Shown here: one piece after another, positions 24,324 to 38,049 of the stretch
How the letters are laid out: every line of letters begins with the position of its first letter
Position numbering within the stretch: position 1 is the first letter of the stretch
From: Octopus bimaculoides
Lineage: Eukaryota
DNA: 64,000 bases
Reading direction: 5' to 3'
Assembly: GCF_001194135.2 (NCBI RefSeq)
Contig: NC_068984.1
Location: 57,414,642 to 57,478,641 of the forward strand
Program-made: the position numbers and the translations under genes
The notes under the pieces: model-generated
Databases searched by the model: none
What the model saw: the letters and a program-made list of their open reading frames with translations, nothing else
What the model was told of the DNA's origin: nothing

Positions 24324-24480
24324 GCGTGGTTGTGTGGTAAGAAGCTTGCTTTCCAACTATATGGTTCTGGGTTCAGTTCCACTGCATGGCACCTTGGGCA
24401 AGTGTCTTCTGCTATAGCCTTGGGCTGACCAAAGCCTTGTGAGTGTATTTGGTTGACGGAAACTGAAAGGAGCCCGTTGA

Positions 24481-24524
<44 letters not shown>

Positions 24525-24740
24525 TTCTGTGTGTGTCTGTATTCGTCCCCACTATTGCTTGACAACTGATGCTTGTGTGTTTATGTCCCCATAACTTAGC
24601 AGTTCAGCAAAAGATACCGATAGAATAAGTACTTGGCTTACAAAGAATCAGTCCTGGGGCTGATTTATTCGACTAAAACCTTTTAAGGTGGTGCTCCAGC
24701 ATGGCTGCAGTCATTTAGTATCTAAACAAGTAAAAGAATA
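24324..24740 (+). mobile_element. SINE family B (gtggttgtgtggtaagaagcttgcttcc head, internal (TA)n)
   Basis: Near full length. Homologous to copies at 29461, 48424 and 58505. Confidence 0.85.
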
Positions 24741-24869
24741 TCACCATCTGTGTATCAAACTAAATGTATCTACACTTTAGAAGGCAAAAGGCTGTAGAAC
24801 TGTCTGAGATAAAATCTCTTCACAGAGATGGAATATATATTAGAGCGCAATGAGCATCATCACTTCAGT

Positions 24870-25734
24870 GATTCATGAGAGCAACAGTCAACAACTGGGA
24901 TCAGTAACATCAACTAATCCCCTTCCCTAAAATTCAGGCCTTGTGCCAATATTAGAAAACAATTAACAAACTAGTAGAATTAAAAACACATCAGACAAAA
25001 TGCTCAGCAGCATTTCCTCTGGCTCTTTACATTCTGAGTTCAAATTCTGCCAAGGTCAATTTTTGTCTTTCATCCTTTTAGGATCAATAAAATAAGTACC
25101 AGTTGAGTACTGGGTTGATGTAAGTGACTATCTCTTCCCCTAAAATTGCTGACTTTTTGCCAAAATTAGAAACAGTTATTATTTAACACAGTAAGTTTGG
25201 GTCGATAAAATAAAGTATCAGTTGAGTAATGGGACATTGTAATTGGTATGCTCCCTCCCCTAAAAATTGCAGGACTTGTGCTAGTATTTGAAGCAATTTA
25301 ACCCTTTTGACACCAACTCAGCTGAAACCACCTTTGGTTCTGTAGTACAAATGTCTTGTTTGCAAAATTTCTGAATTAAAATCTTCCACCAGATCTTAAT
25401 CATAATCTATGTTCGTAACACTAGTTATTTTACTAAATTCTTTGTTATATTTAAAATTAATTGCAAAAGACACACAGCATCTTGGCAGAAATATGGTAAA
25501 AAAAAGGGGTTAAAACAATGAGCTGGCAGAATAATTAGAACATTGGACAAAATGCTGAGCAGCATCTCTTCCAGTCCTTTGTGTTCTGAGTGCAAATCCT
25601 GCCGATGTCAATTGTCCTTTCCATCCTTTCAGGAGTAATAAAATAAAATGCCACTGGAGGAGCCAAATCAATTACACTGGAGTTAATATAATTGATTTGT
25701 CTCCTCCCCTCAAAATTGTTGACTTTGTACCAAA

Positions 25735-25771
<37 letters not shown>

Positions 25772-27090
25772 GGGTGGTGAGCAGGCAAAATGCTTAGCAG
25801 TATTTCGTCTGCCATTACATTCTGAGTTCAAATTCTGCCAAAGTCAACTTTGTCTTTCATCCTTTTGGGGTCGATAAATTAAGTACTGGGGTCGATGTAA
25901 TTGATTATTCCCCTCCCCAAAACTTCAGGCCTTGTGCCTATAGTAGAAAGGATTATTATTATTATTAATCATGGCAGTGACATTCTCATTTCAATCCTGT
26001 GTTATTAATATATTTGGGAGAAACATGAAAGTCACAACTCAGTACTTCACACCTCAGAAAAATGTCAAACTTCATAGCTGTTAATAACATTATTACAGCT
26101 GACAGAGTAAATAAGACTTTAGCTTATTGACAGGACACAGTTTGTATCTCACCAGCACTCACAGCACATGTAACTGCTTCATTTTCACTGGCCCATTTCT
26201 CCTAGCTGTAAACAGCTAATAGTATCAGGAGCATCATTTAATTGAGGCAAGCATACTGCTAAATATAAACCCTAAAGTTGCTTTAATTTGTTAGTATGGA
26301 AGGGCAGTCTCTGGACATCAATAGGGTTAATTATCTATTGCTGTAAAAAATATATTCCGTAATTAGTCATTTGATTCTAAATTGGCACAAGAAACAAATT
26401 CATAAAAAGATATGGTAATTTAAATTGACCTCGGTATGATTGGCTCTTATTTTATCAACTTTGGTGGGATAAAAAGCAATCTTGATTCTGGCTGGATTTG
26501 AACTCAGAAAATAGAGAATATAAAAACTAAACACTACAACTCCTTAGTTTGTTGCTCTACCACTTCACTACATTCGTTGTTATGATTATCATTATTATTA
26601 AGGTGGTGAGCTGGCAGAACCGTTTGCATACTGGGCAAAATGCTTAGCGGTATTTCGACCATCTTTGCGATCTGAGTTTATATTCTGCTGAGGTCAATTT
26701 TGCCTTTCATCCTTTCAGGGTCGATAAATTAAGTACCGGTTAAATACTGGGATCGATGTAATTGACTACCTCGCCTACAATTTCTGGCCTTGTTCCTATA
26801 GTAGAAAGAATTATCATTATAAGGTGGTGAGCTGGCAAAATGTTTAGATGTATTTCACCCATCACTATGGGGTCGATGTAATCAACTAGTCCCTGCCCTA
26901 CTTCCAAATTTCAGGCCTTGTGCCTTTAGTAGAAAGGGTTATTATTATTATTGATGCTATTGTTAGGACGGTAAATTGGTAGAAATAGGAAACCAGGCTA
27001 AATATATAACAGTATTTGCACTGCTCTTTCTAGGCTCTGGGTTCAAATTCAGAGTTTATAAAATAAACACCTGTAGCTTACTGGGTTTGA
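24870..27090. mobile_element. Cluster of about 8 SINE family A copies or fragments (mostly +, one - at about 26385-26575)
   Basis: Heads aggtggtgagc at 25771, 26601 and 26821. Repeated cores ctgagttcaaatt..cctttcatcc..gtcgataaa, and (ATT)n tails. Confidence 0.8.
25302..25509. mobile_element. piggyBac-type MITE, second family
   Basis: ttaa|cccttttgacacca ... tggtaaaaaaaagggg|ttaa. The interior differs from P1. Confidence 0.55.
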
Positions 27091-29460
27091 TTCAATCAGC
27101 AGTATTCTATGTTTTCAATAATTGAGTTAGTTTTGTATAAAAAGTCATTCTAGTTGTTGTTGCAAATTATGCCCTAATTTATCGAATGTCACAAACATTA
27201 GGTAAATCTCTTAATCTTGTTTCTGTTCTCATCTCTTTCTTGCTTTTGATTAAAGTAGGATCTCTTATCACTGAGCAAATAGTTTACACATTTCTTTAAT
27301 GATGTAAGAGTTTTTCTTTTGCACCAGTTGTACATTCTTACACTACTCACAGGTTAATCTTATCTTGCTCTAAATTCTATTATTAGAAAATCATTCCTTC
27401 TGCTCTTGATATTTTGTTTATACTTCATTTAGTCTTTAGAAGGAAGGTGGCAATTCTTGCAACTTTCTAACAATCCAATTATAGATACAATCTGGTCTTT
27501 ATCATCTGATATATAATAGCCAAAACTCACTTCTGTTTGTTAAAAGAGTGAAGAGGAAAATGGAGATTTGGTAATTTTGTTGATGCTTTTCTGTTGTACT
27601 GTCAACCAAAATGTTTTCCTGAGATACTCTGTCGGAAAACAAATTAGACCATTCCACTTGACAAAATATATCATTTAGACTTTTCTTTAAGTGGAAGGTT
27701 ACTTCTCTGCATTTGAATTATCAGTTTTGGCCAGCTGTTATTTATGTCTAAATTATTATATAGAACTACCACCCATGGAAATGTTGATTGTATTTTTCAC
27801 AAGATTTTTATTTAGTAGTTATTTACAATATCTTGTATAAGAATAAGAAGTGAAATGGTTATGTCTTTACAGGATATTGAGAAATGAGAAAATTTACCTT
27901 AACTGTAAATGTTTTGTTTTACAAGCCTGCAAGGAAGCCTTTGTATAGTTACTTGACCCTCTAAAAATAGCAACCAAATCTCCCTTAAATCACATTCTGA
28001 CTTAAGAAAAGGAAGGTTCATATAAAAGTAGTTACAGATATATGAGCTCTAAATAACCTGGAATGGTCATGGTTTGGATACCTTTGGTCAATACATCTAC
28101 TGGATTAGAGTTGATCTGAAGCTAAATAACATTTGTTTTTAAAATCAAGGTTATTTTATGTGCAAAAACAGACATTTGTACATAGATCTCATGTATGATG
28201 TTGTACACATGAGTTAATTAATTTGCTAATGATCTCCTTTTGTAATTTAGCAATATAGTTTCTTGTTAGTAAGTCTGGAGCATTAGACATCATACTAGTA
28301 TTTCTGTCATGGCAGTTGATCTATGGTAAATATAACATAATGAATAATTATTATTTGTCCGCTTTCAGTTTTATCTGGCTACTGGCTAAATTTAGCAGAG
28401 TTTAATACTTCGAAAATAACCTTCCTTCTATTAATGTAAACTAACTATCATGTATCCTTATTATTTTATCATTCATTTTTATATTCATGCATTACATGAA
28501 TATATCTGCAATAAATATCATATCATGCATTTCAAGTTTGCATCATCTCACTTAGGAAGCCCAATGTTTTCAGGTCTTACTTAACCACTTCTTCCCAATA
28601 TGACATCAGGTTATACTTTTACATTTGGTATTTTTCGCCATCAAATCACATCTTGTTACCAAGCCTCTGTAGTGCTGGTACCATAATAAATATGGACAGT
28701 CCATTCCATAAGAGCAGATAAAACTGGTACATTGAATACATCCAGTCAACTCAGTCCTGATAGTTTGTATTAGGAAAGATTTTCATAACTTTTGGTTTAC
28801 AATCTAAACAATCCAGACATACACATATCTAATATGTACTAGTGTATCTAGTGCATATTAGATTTTTAATAAGTAAATTTTTTAAAGCCTACAATTTACT
28901 TGTAAAAAATATTTTAATATAAAGTATGACTCATTGCAGAATTAGTCCTACAAATATCTGTCCTAAACAATAATACAATGTGGCAAAAGTTGTTACTTTT
29001 ACTATCAATTTATGGGCGAAGAAGTATGGTCTTTAAATATAGCTCAGAAAACATTTCAATGTATTCATTCCTCATTTTTTTTGGGTTTTTTTTTGTTAGT
29101 TTGCAAAGGAATTAGTTGAGATTGAAGTTTAAAAGTTATTCACAAGTTACTGAGTTCTTATTTCCTGAGTAACAAAACTATAATAATTTTTTTTAAGGAT
29201 TTTCTTTGCCATTTTCACCAGTTTTGTACTAACTGCAGCTATGTCAAATGATAAATGATATGCCAGCTGATTATTGCTTGTCATTGGGTATACTTAACAA
29301 ACCAAAGTATTTATTTCCAAATATTTTTAGTGGATATGTAACATAATTCTGTTTCCACAATACTTAGTAGTGTAGTCACTATTTATAACAAGTTATACCT
29401 TAGTTGTTTTTTTTTTTGGTGTGTGTGTGTAGTGGAGGGTCACTTATTTTTTTGTGCATT

Positions 29461-29818
29461 ATCTTTTACTTGTTTCAGTCATTAGACTGTTGCCATGCTG
29501 GGGCACCACCTTGAAGTTTTTAGTCAAATGAATCAACCCCAGTACTTAATTTTTTTAAAGCCTAGTACTTATTCTATCGGTCTCTTTGGCTAAACTGCTA
29601 AGTTATAGGGTTGTAAACAAACCAACACTGGTGGTCAAGTGATGGTGGGAGACACACACATATGATGCTGGCTTCTTTCCGTCCCTGTCTTCCAAATCCA
29701 CCCATAAGGCTTTGGTCAGCCTGAGGCTATAGTAGAAGACACTTGCCCAAGATGTCACATTGTGGGACTGAACCCAGAATCATGTGGTTGGGAAGCAAAC
29801 TTCTTATCACAAAGTCAT
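29461..29818 (-). mobile_element. SINE family B
   Basis: Reverse complement matches 24324-24740. Confidence 0.85.
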
Positions 29819-31573
29819 ATGGATGGATTTTTTTCAATCTTTAGTTACTAAAATTATTGGTTTTCTTGGAATTGTGACATCGCTGGAGTAAAATGTATGT
29901 GCAAAATGATATTGGAAAACTTGCTCAGTGATGCTGAAATGAAAGAAGCATGGAAATTGTTGTCGAATTATTGTTGAATAAGGAGAATCCATAGGAAAGA
30001 GATGGCCTGTCTTGAGAAATTTAATGGAAAACACATGCTAAACAAAAACCATATAAATTGTGCAATGCCCTTCATCATCTATACCAGTGAACTGTACTTT
30101 TTAGGTTCATATTTATAGTTCAGTAAATGGACCAGTGTGAGCCTTTTCTAGACAGTGCCATAGAAGTGATGTAAATATCTTTCAACTGGTGAACTTATAT
30201 CAATTCAGCCAGTTGCATGCAGCTCTCTGCTTTAAGTCTTTCAGTATCAACCTGCCTGAGACTATTGTCCATTACAGTTTCAAATATGTTCCAAAAACCA
30301 ACTTAATAATGGAAAAAATTATTTTACTAAAATCTCTTCAAATTTTTGGTTATTTTAAAACTTATTTGCAGTATAGACAATATATTTTAATTGAAATATA
30401 TTCGTGAAAAGGTTAATCAACCAAAATAGGGTATTATATTAGTTACATTCTCTGTGTTATTTATAGCAATGAAATATTCATTGTAAGCAAAGGTTTAAGT
30501 TTCTAAATTCTTCCAACCTTTGAAAATATTGGCAATAATATGTAAAATTATGAAGATGACATTCTTAGCCCTTATTGTGTTCCAATAGTAATAGTAGGTA
30601 TTTCTTGAAACAGTGTTAGACAGAATGAGCTCTAATGAATCATTTAATAGCGAAAAGTCTGTAATTGCTAAATTAACTAAAGCAATCTCGTCTACTGGAA
30701 GTTAATAATGTGTTTGTGCATGTAAATGTGATTGTGTTTTGAGCTTAATGTAAAGTGGTGTTACTTTTTGAGAAAATGTAATAATTACAGTCTGAACACT
30801 GTATTTTTGTATTTCTCTGAAATTTCCTGAAAGACAATGAAACATTAATTTTCTAATTATTTTATGTTGGAAGAAAAAAAAAAAAATCACATACTCATTC
30901 TCTTTCACATCCCCACTTTTCGTTTCCTCCCTTCTCTCTCTCTCTTTCTCAACAGCTCACTTCTCATATAGATATATTTCTTTTCTCTCTCTCACATATA
31001 AATCCTTTCTCAGTGTCTTTCCTCTTTCCATTTCCTGTTTCAGGCTCACACTTTCTTTCCTTGATATGCTTATTCTCACTTCCCTCTCTTGTTTTCAAAA
31101 CACACACACACACACACACATTCATCCTTGCATGCACTTTAAAACCAAGCCGGTTGTTTTGTAATACCTCTTTAACATAAAGTAGTGATGTTTGTAAATA
31201 AGTTAAGACGGATATAAGGGAGTGTGACATTCTTAATAGACGTTGCAGCCAAAATTAAAACAATGGAGTATTCGTTAATGCTCGCAGTTTTTTTCTTAAG
31301 CCCAGTTGATAGAATGGGAACCTGGAATTGTTTTCAGTGTAGTAGTTTTATATTGAAGACATTCGTATAAATATTAACTACCTCTGCTCTTTAGGACATG
31401 TTTTTAGTATCAGTGTAAGTCTTTATTTCCATCCATGATGTTAGGCCAAAGTCTGCTTTCGGTCAGTTACTAAATCTGCTCAATACTGATGGATTTGGGT
31501 TGACATATAAAGTATTGTGAGTGTAACATTCTATTTGAATATTACCTTTAATGCCAAGCTAATTGTTTTAATA

Positions 31574-31637
31574 ATGGCTGCAATACCAAAGACTCATGGT
31601 GCTTTGTGGCGACGTCTCTTTGTTCGAAAGTCTACAG
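31574..31637 (+). CDS. Candidate alternative first coding exon (MAAIPKTHGALWRRLFVRKST+g)
   Basis: Good Kozak context (ataATGg) and donor acag|gtaaaa. 64 nt, phase 1, in frame with the 32531 acceptor across an 893-nt intron. Several CpGs nearby. No transcript evidence. Confidence 0.55.
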
Positions 31638-32530
31638 GTAAAAAACTATTATTTCACTATTTGTCTCTTAGATATTGTTGTATGAAAGTATTTTTTTGTT
31701 ATTATCCTTCTATCATTTCTCTGGCTGTAACTATTAAAGAAAGTAATTGATGCTGTATTTTTTAATCTCAATAGAATTTCAGTCAATTCTAACAAAGATC
31801 TTACGGTTAATTTTTCTTCTAGATCTCTAAGTTGCTAACAAATCAGTATATCATTATCAAAGCCATTTCCTGAACATTAAAGTATGTGAGCCCTCCTTTT
31901 GGCAGTTAAAATAATTATGGACTTGCATTTTGTCTTACAATGCATGTATTAGAAGAAAACAACATGAAACTAATGCTTATGGTTTCACAATAAAGGGTAT
32001 CTTACTAAATCTCCCAGCCCACTTCAGACATTCATAATATTTTTTCTAAATCTAAAATACTTTAATCAGATTATCATGAGCAACTAATATTCTATTTATT
32101 ATATGATATAAAACTCTTAGTCTATTTGTTATAAAATATAATCACTATAACTGTTTCCTGGTGAAAGGAATCAACTTCATCTCCAACAGTTCTGGATTAT
32201 TTATACATCCTATTTTCTTCAGTTGGTATTGGCATGTGTTGTTTAGACAGTGTATATTATCTATAGTTAGACATGCATATAGTGTGTATTTCTAAGACAG
32301 TGCTGTTCAATTCAACTTTATCTAGAAAACATCCTTAAACATGCCTTATAAAGTACACTGTTATATTGGAAATGAAAGTTTGTGGGTTTGTTTTACATTT
32401 TTAAAAATATTATTATTCTGTTTTGGGACATTAATCTGTCTGTGTGCATTTTTGTGGTGTTTTATACTCTCCAATGTGTATAATTCATTAAGGTAATAAC
32501 TAAATACGTTGATTTTTCTTGTGATTTCAG

Positions 32531-32676
32531 GAAGTGATCCACTTTCTGACTTGCTCTCTCAGCACTCAACAAATGACGATTCTTCAGACGAATCAGAAGT
32601 CTCAATGGATTACAGTTTACCAGACAAGTGTCACAGCACCCGAACGTCACAGTTGGGGCTGGCTCCACTGGATGAG
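32531..32676 (+). CDS. ARHGEF4/SPATA13/ARHGEF9-like: RhoGEF exon: acidic Ser-rich linker and pre-SH3 region ((G)SDPLSDLLSQHSTNDDSSDESEVSMDYSLPDKCHSTRTSQLGLAPLDE)
   Basis: Acceptor gtgatttcag|ga and donor gatgag|gtaatt. 146 nt, phase 1 in and phase 0 out. QLGLAPLDE|IFET parallels the recalled Asef EQLAINE|LISD just before the SH3. Confidence 0.85.
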
Positions 32677-33271
32677 GTAATTAATATATTTACACTAAAT
32701 AACTCTACTAATTGCATACACTGTAAAACCCTGTTTTCAATTAGGATGCCATAGTAGTTATGCAGGTTATTTCCGACTATATTTTGGGTTGTTGTAACAG
32801 CTTAAAAATGTTTTAACTATTATCTTGGTTGACTTTTCCTTTCATCTTTTTGATAAGTACCAGTTGTGAGCACTGGTTTTGATGTAGTCGACTAGCCCCT
32901 CCCCACAAAAGTTTCAAGCCTTGTGTTTATTGTAGAAAGAATTATCTTGGAACATGGGTGAAATGAGAATTAACTTTTAAAGGTTTTAAATGGAAATTGA
33001 TTAGAGATGCTAACAAATACAATATATTATTTCAGAGTGATGTATTAATGATTGAAAAAAACTAAATGCGTATAAAAAAAATAGTGAAATTTTCAAATCT
33101 CTTTTGGGTTTTTAAAAATTTTTTATGTATCTATAAATTTTCCCCTTTTCTATAAAAAATGGTTTGCAAACTTGAGTTTACAAAGAAAAGTATATTTTAT
33201 GTGAATATCTATAATTGAAGAGTTGCATTTGGAGCCTTATGAAGAAGCTTTTCAGTCTGAAGGATGAACAG

Positions 33272-33317
<46 letters not shown>

Positions 33318-34388
33318 AATTTATGAAGAAAGTGTTGTTGGGTACAGCTAATCAGTGATTTGCTACAGGTTAAACACTCCTTTGTTTGAAATATATTAGT
33401 GTTTAAGTAAGAAGATGCAATTGACAGGGAAGCTCAATATGGTGATATTGCTAAATCATAAACCCTAACACTCACTTGCAAGTGAGTATGACTTGGTAGC
33501 ATTTACTATGCTTTTACTAATTGTTTTAGGTGAACATATTGTCCCACTTGACTATATGTCTGCCTGTTTTCTATTCTGTGAGCTCCCTTTATTGGAATAT
33601 TTGTTGTACTTTCCCCAAATCAATCAATCAGTATAATCACGCTATTGATAAAGCAAAGGCACTGTTTGTTATGGTATGGTTGGGTGTCACAAAGGGTCAG
33701 TAACTGCTCAAGCTTACTGACTCTGAAAATTTAGTTTAAAGTGCTGAATGATAGTATTTTATACTATGCTATTATTTATAAAGTCTTGAGAACAACTTGC
33801 TGGAAGAAACTGTTCTTATTTATATCGACACTATAATTGCTGTATAGTAATTTCATAGGAAATGTCTCATATGTTAACAAGTGCTGTAGGTTTTTTGAAA
33901 ACAGGATGTGTGCTTTCATGAGTGAAGGTCATGATAAAACTGTTCAGAGTATCCTTACTACAACTGAATTTTATATATTCAAATTAAATTTAAAAGGAAA
34001 ATGATTATTTAAATACTAAGACAGAGAGAGAGAGAGAGATAATGGTTTATGATGTGGGCAAAATGTGAAAGGAGATTTTGATCAAAAAACAAAAATACTT
34101 TTAATAAGTACAGTGACGATGTTGATGTTATTGATATCATTATATAAGTTAGTTGTTTCGACAAATTATCAGCACATCTGGAACTTAATTATGTAAAGTT
34201 TGACGTGTGTGCATGTATGAATGTGTGTTTGTATTTACATAGATATTCCAAGGTGACTGTACTATCAATATAAAGTTACACCAACGGTAAATGCTCAGTT
34301 GTTATTTTCAAAATTGCTTTAAAGTAATCACTTTCACATTTATACATGTACATATGGTGTAAACCCACACATATACATACTCACACAT

Positions 34389-34779
34389 CTGTCTGTTCTG
34401 TTGGCACTCCGTCACTTACGACGTCGAGGGTTCCAGTTGATCCGATCAACAGAACAGCCTGCTCATGAAATTAACATGCATGTGGCTGAGCACTCCACAG
34501 ACACGTGTACCCTTAACGTAGTTCTCGGGGATATTCAGCGTGACACAGTGTGACAAGGCTGGCCCTTTGAAATACAGGTACAACAGAAACAGGAAGAAAG
34601 AGTGAGAGAAAGTTGTGGTGAAAGAGTACAGCAGGGTTCGTCACCATCCCCTGCCGGAGCCTTGTGGTGCTTTAGGTGTTTTCGCTCAATAAACACTCAC
34701 AACGCCCTGTCTGGGAATCGAAACCGCGATCCTATGACTGCAAGTCTGCTGCCCTAACCACTGGGCCATTGCGCCTCCT
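34389..34779 (-). mobile_element. Young tRNA-derived SINE, family C
   Basis: - strand A box tggcccagtgg (34758-68) and B-like box ggtttcgattccc (34713-25). Perfect 12-bp TSD atactcacacat at 34377-88 and 34780-91. CpGs are retained. Confidence 0.9.
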
Positions 34780-35129
34780 ATACTCACACATATGATATTG
34801 AGAAAGGCAAGAAACTGTGCAATTCAAATTTAAAACAGATATTTTCTTGTCATCATAAATGCAGTAATCCATCGATTACTATTGTTCACAGAAATTATGA
34901 ACTAAAAAAGTAAAAGTATGACAAAATAATATTAGAGTTTACCATATAATAATGTTCATGTCTGTAGTCTAATATCCATTGTAACTCATTTATTAAACAT
35001 GTGTTCTACTGGATAAAATAATTAATGAAGGTTTTAATTTCTACTGAATAAGATGAAGTGAGTTACCAAAAAAGTATCAGAATTTGTAAGCCATATTTTA
35101 CTTATATGGCAATAAGATAAGAAAAGCAT

Positions 35130-36065
35130 TCAGTTATAGAACCCATGGCAGAGCAGACGGTGAAATGTGATGCAGTCCTTTGGCCAATCGGATCCTGTCA
35201 AACCATCCAACCCATGCCAGCATGGAACATCAGCATCAAATGATGATGCTAATGATAATTTTTTTTGGCTGCTTAAGACATTAATGAAGCAACACCATGT
35301 GTTGATTTGCTGCAATTTTATGAGAAAAGTTTAAAAGGTTTTTTTACTTTCTTTCTCATAATTCATATAAAGAACAACTCAAAGTCTGTAACACTTGTAT
35401 TATTTTGCATGGATAGTTTTGTCTTTGTTAAATAACTAAATAATTGTTGACATTTATTAATTTTGTCTTTAAATATTTTTCAAATTTTTGATATATTGTT
35501 AACATTTTGAAGCAGTATCTCTGCAAGACATCTAAGAAGATGAAAAGATGAAATAGCCTGGAGAGAAAAGCTTACATGTCATGATTAAGTATACAAAATG
35601 GTCTATAAATGGTTTTACCATTTACAATTATGTGTTCTTGTATTTACACACATATGGCTATATGGTTAAGAAGTTCACTTCCCAGCTGCATACTTTCAAG
35701 TTCAATTCCACTGTTTTGCACCTTCAAGTACTCCTGTGTATCATAGCTTGGGCTGATCAAAGCCTTGTGAGTTCATGCCAAATACCTTGTGGGATTTGGC
35801 TTCATGGAAACTGAAAAAAAGCCTGTCTTAGGTGTGTTTGTTCACATTTGAATTTCTCTGAAGATCAGTAAATTACAAGCAGTGAAGTTTGTTGTCTTAT
35901 CAGTTATCAACAAAACCTCCACTGGCTTTGTACCTTCAGAGACATAATAAGAGATCCTTCTGTTGAAAAACAAGTAAGGATTAGCAATCGGAAGGGCATC
36001 TTGTTGTACATGTCTTAATGTGTTCATCTAACCCATGCAAGCATGGAAAAATAGACATAAAAGCA
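35130..36065 (+). mobile_element. Two ...ccaacccatgc(c/a)agcatggaa...(gat)n retroposon 3' tails around a partial family B SINE
   Basis: The same tail recurs at about 48820-48900 and 55190-55330 (+) and about 1225-1320 (-). Assignment to RTE-type 3' ends is inference. Confidence 0.6.
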
Positions 36066-37418
36066 AATATGTGCATGTGTTGTGGTAAAACCATTTATTA
36101 TAAGCCTGCCCTAGACCTTAAAATGTCAAAGTTGTTGCTCTCTGAAATAATATACAAGGCACTAGAACAGTAGAGTCAATCGGTGAAATAAATGTTCTAG
36201 TCCCTGGCTTGCATAAGGCTTTCACATTTAATTTCAGAGAATATGAATCAAAATGTTGTGTCAACAGCACATCTATGATGAGTAAAACACAAACATCATT
36301 AGAAACTCAACTTGGCAAAATATAGCTGAGAGTAATTAAAATTTCTGATAGATAAGCAGAGAAATGTTTTAAGAATTAATGTATTTTAGAAAGTTTTGTG
36401 ATGGAGCAACTTTTCTGTAAACCATTTTTATAAGCAGTTACATAAATCCATAGAAAGATACTATATGTATAGATAGCTGTTTTTTCATAATTCATTTGTA
36501 TTTTAAAACAATGTTTCATATCAAACTGAGCTGGAAAATATTAATTTACATGAATTTTTAAAATTCTGTTTTCTACATGGTTTAAGTTAGCTATTGATTT
36601 TAAACCCTTTTATAATGTTCTGTAGTTGATATAATCCAATTTAATTTTTGACTTGTTTTATTGTTTCATTGCTAAAAGTGAGCTGAGATGGCAGAGTATT
36701 AGACTTAATGTCTTACTGTTTATTAGATTTCACTTCTATTTTGACTTCAAATCTTGTTGCAAGTAACTTTGTCATTCATCCCACTCAGTTTCTGAAATAT
36801 GCATACCAGTATTACTCTGGTGAGTCAATCAATCATACTTATATTGTATACATATTAGTCTGGTGACTAGCCAGAAGTCATTATCTCCATCTCTCTCTCA
36901 CTCTCTAACTCACACATATATATGTATGTGTAAGTATATGAATCCACATACGTACAATTTTAATATATCATCACCATCATTTTTACACCCTTTCCTATGC
37001 CATATTGGGCTGGGCAGATTGTCACAATCCATGTTAGTTTTTATTCAGTTACTGTCCCCTTAGACTGATAGCTTGTGATATAGCTTGCCAAGTCCATTCC
37101 TTGTTCATATATTTCATTTTTGGTTTAGTTTCTATGGCTGGATGCCCTTCTTATCACTAACCAGCCACTTTATTGTGTATTGGGTCCATTTTATTGTGCC
37201 ATTGTCATTAGAAAGATTGTTCCGTCTATTGGTTCTTATTTGGATATATTATCATCAAAGACTGATAATTTGTACCACTGTTCACAGCCCTTTGCATCGA
37301 TACAACATCCACTGCAATCCTTTATCTTGCCTTGCCACCCATCTCACTTTTTTTTGTCTCACCTCACCACTCACTGTAGTCCTTTTTCTTGTCAAGTCAA
37401 TTACCACAATCCAAGGAT

Positions 37419-37465
<47 letters not shown>

Positions 37466-38010
37466 NNNNNNNNNNNNNNNNNNNNNNNNNNNNNNNNNNN
37501 NNNNNNNNNNNNNNNNNNNNNNNNNNNNNNNNNNNNNNNNNNNNNNNNNNNNNNNNNNNNNNNNNNNNNNNNNNNNNNNNNNNNNNNNNNNNNNNNNNNN
37601 NNNNNNNNNNNNNNNNNNNNNNNNNNNNNNNNNNNNNNNNNNNNNNNNNNNNNNNNNNNNNNNNNNNNNNNNNNNNNNNNNNNNNNNNNNNNNNNNNNNN
37701 NNNNNNNNNNNNNNNNNNNNNNNNNNNNNNNNNNNNNNNNNNNNNNNNNNNNNNNNNNNNNNNNNNNNNNNNNNNNNNNNNNNNNNNNNNNNNNNNNNNN
37801 NNNNNNNNNNNNNNNNNNNNNNNNNNNNNNNNNNNNNNNNNNNNNNNNNNNNNNNNNNNNNNNNNNNNNNNNNNNNNNNNNNNNNNNNNNNNNNNNNNNN
37901 NNNNNNNNNNNNNNNNNNNNNNNNNNNNNNNNNNNNNNNNNNNNNNNNNNNNNNNNNNNNNNNNNNNNNNNNNNNNNNNNNNNNNNNNNNNNNNNNNNNN
38001 NNNNNNNNNN
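37466..38010. other. Assembly gap (others at 6841-6953, 20970-21113, 54875-55037, 60809-60818)
   Basis: N runs. The 37466 and 54875 gaps are flanked by (TA)n. Confidence 1.

Positions 38011-38049
<39 letters not shown>

Noticed and set aside
34713-34779. tRNA-like sequence as a tRNA gene
   Set aside because: It continues into a SINE body bounded by a TSD, and I could not build a full cloverleaf.
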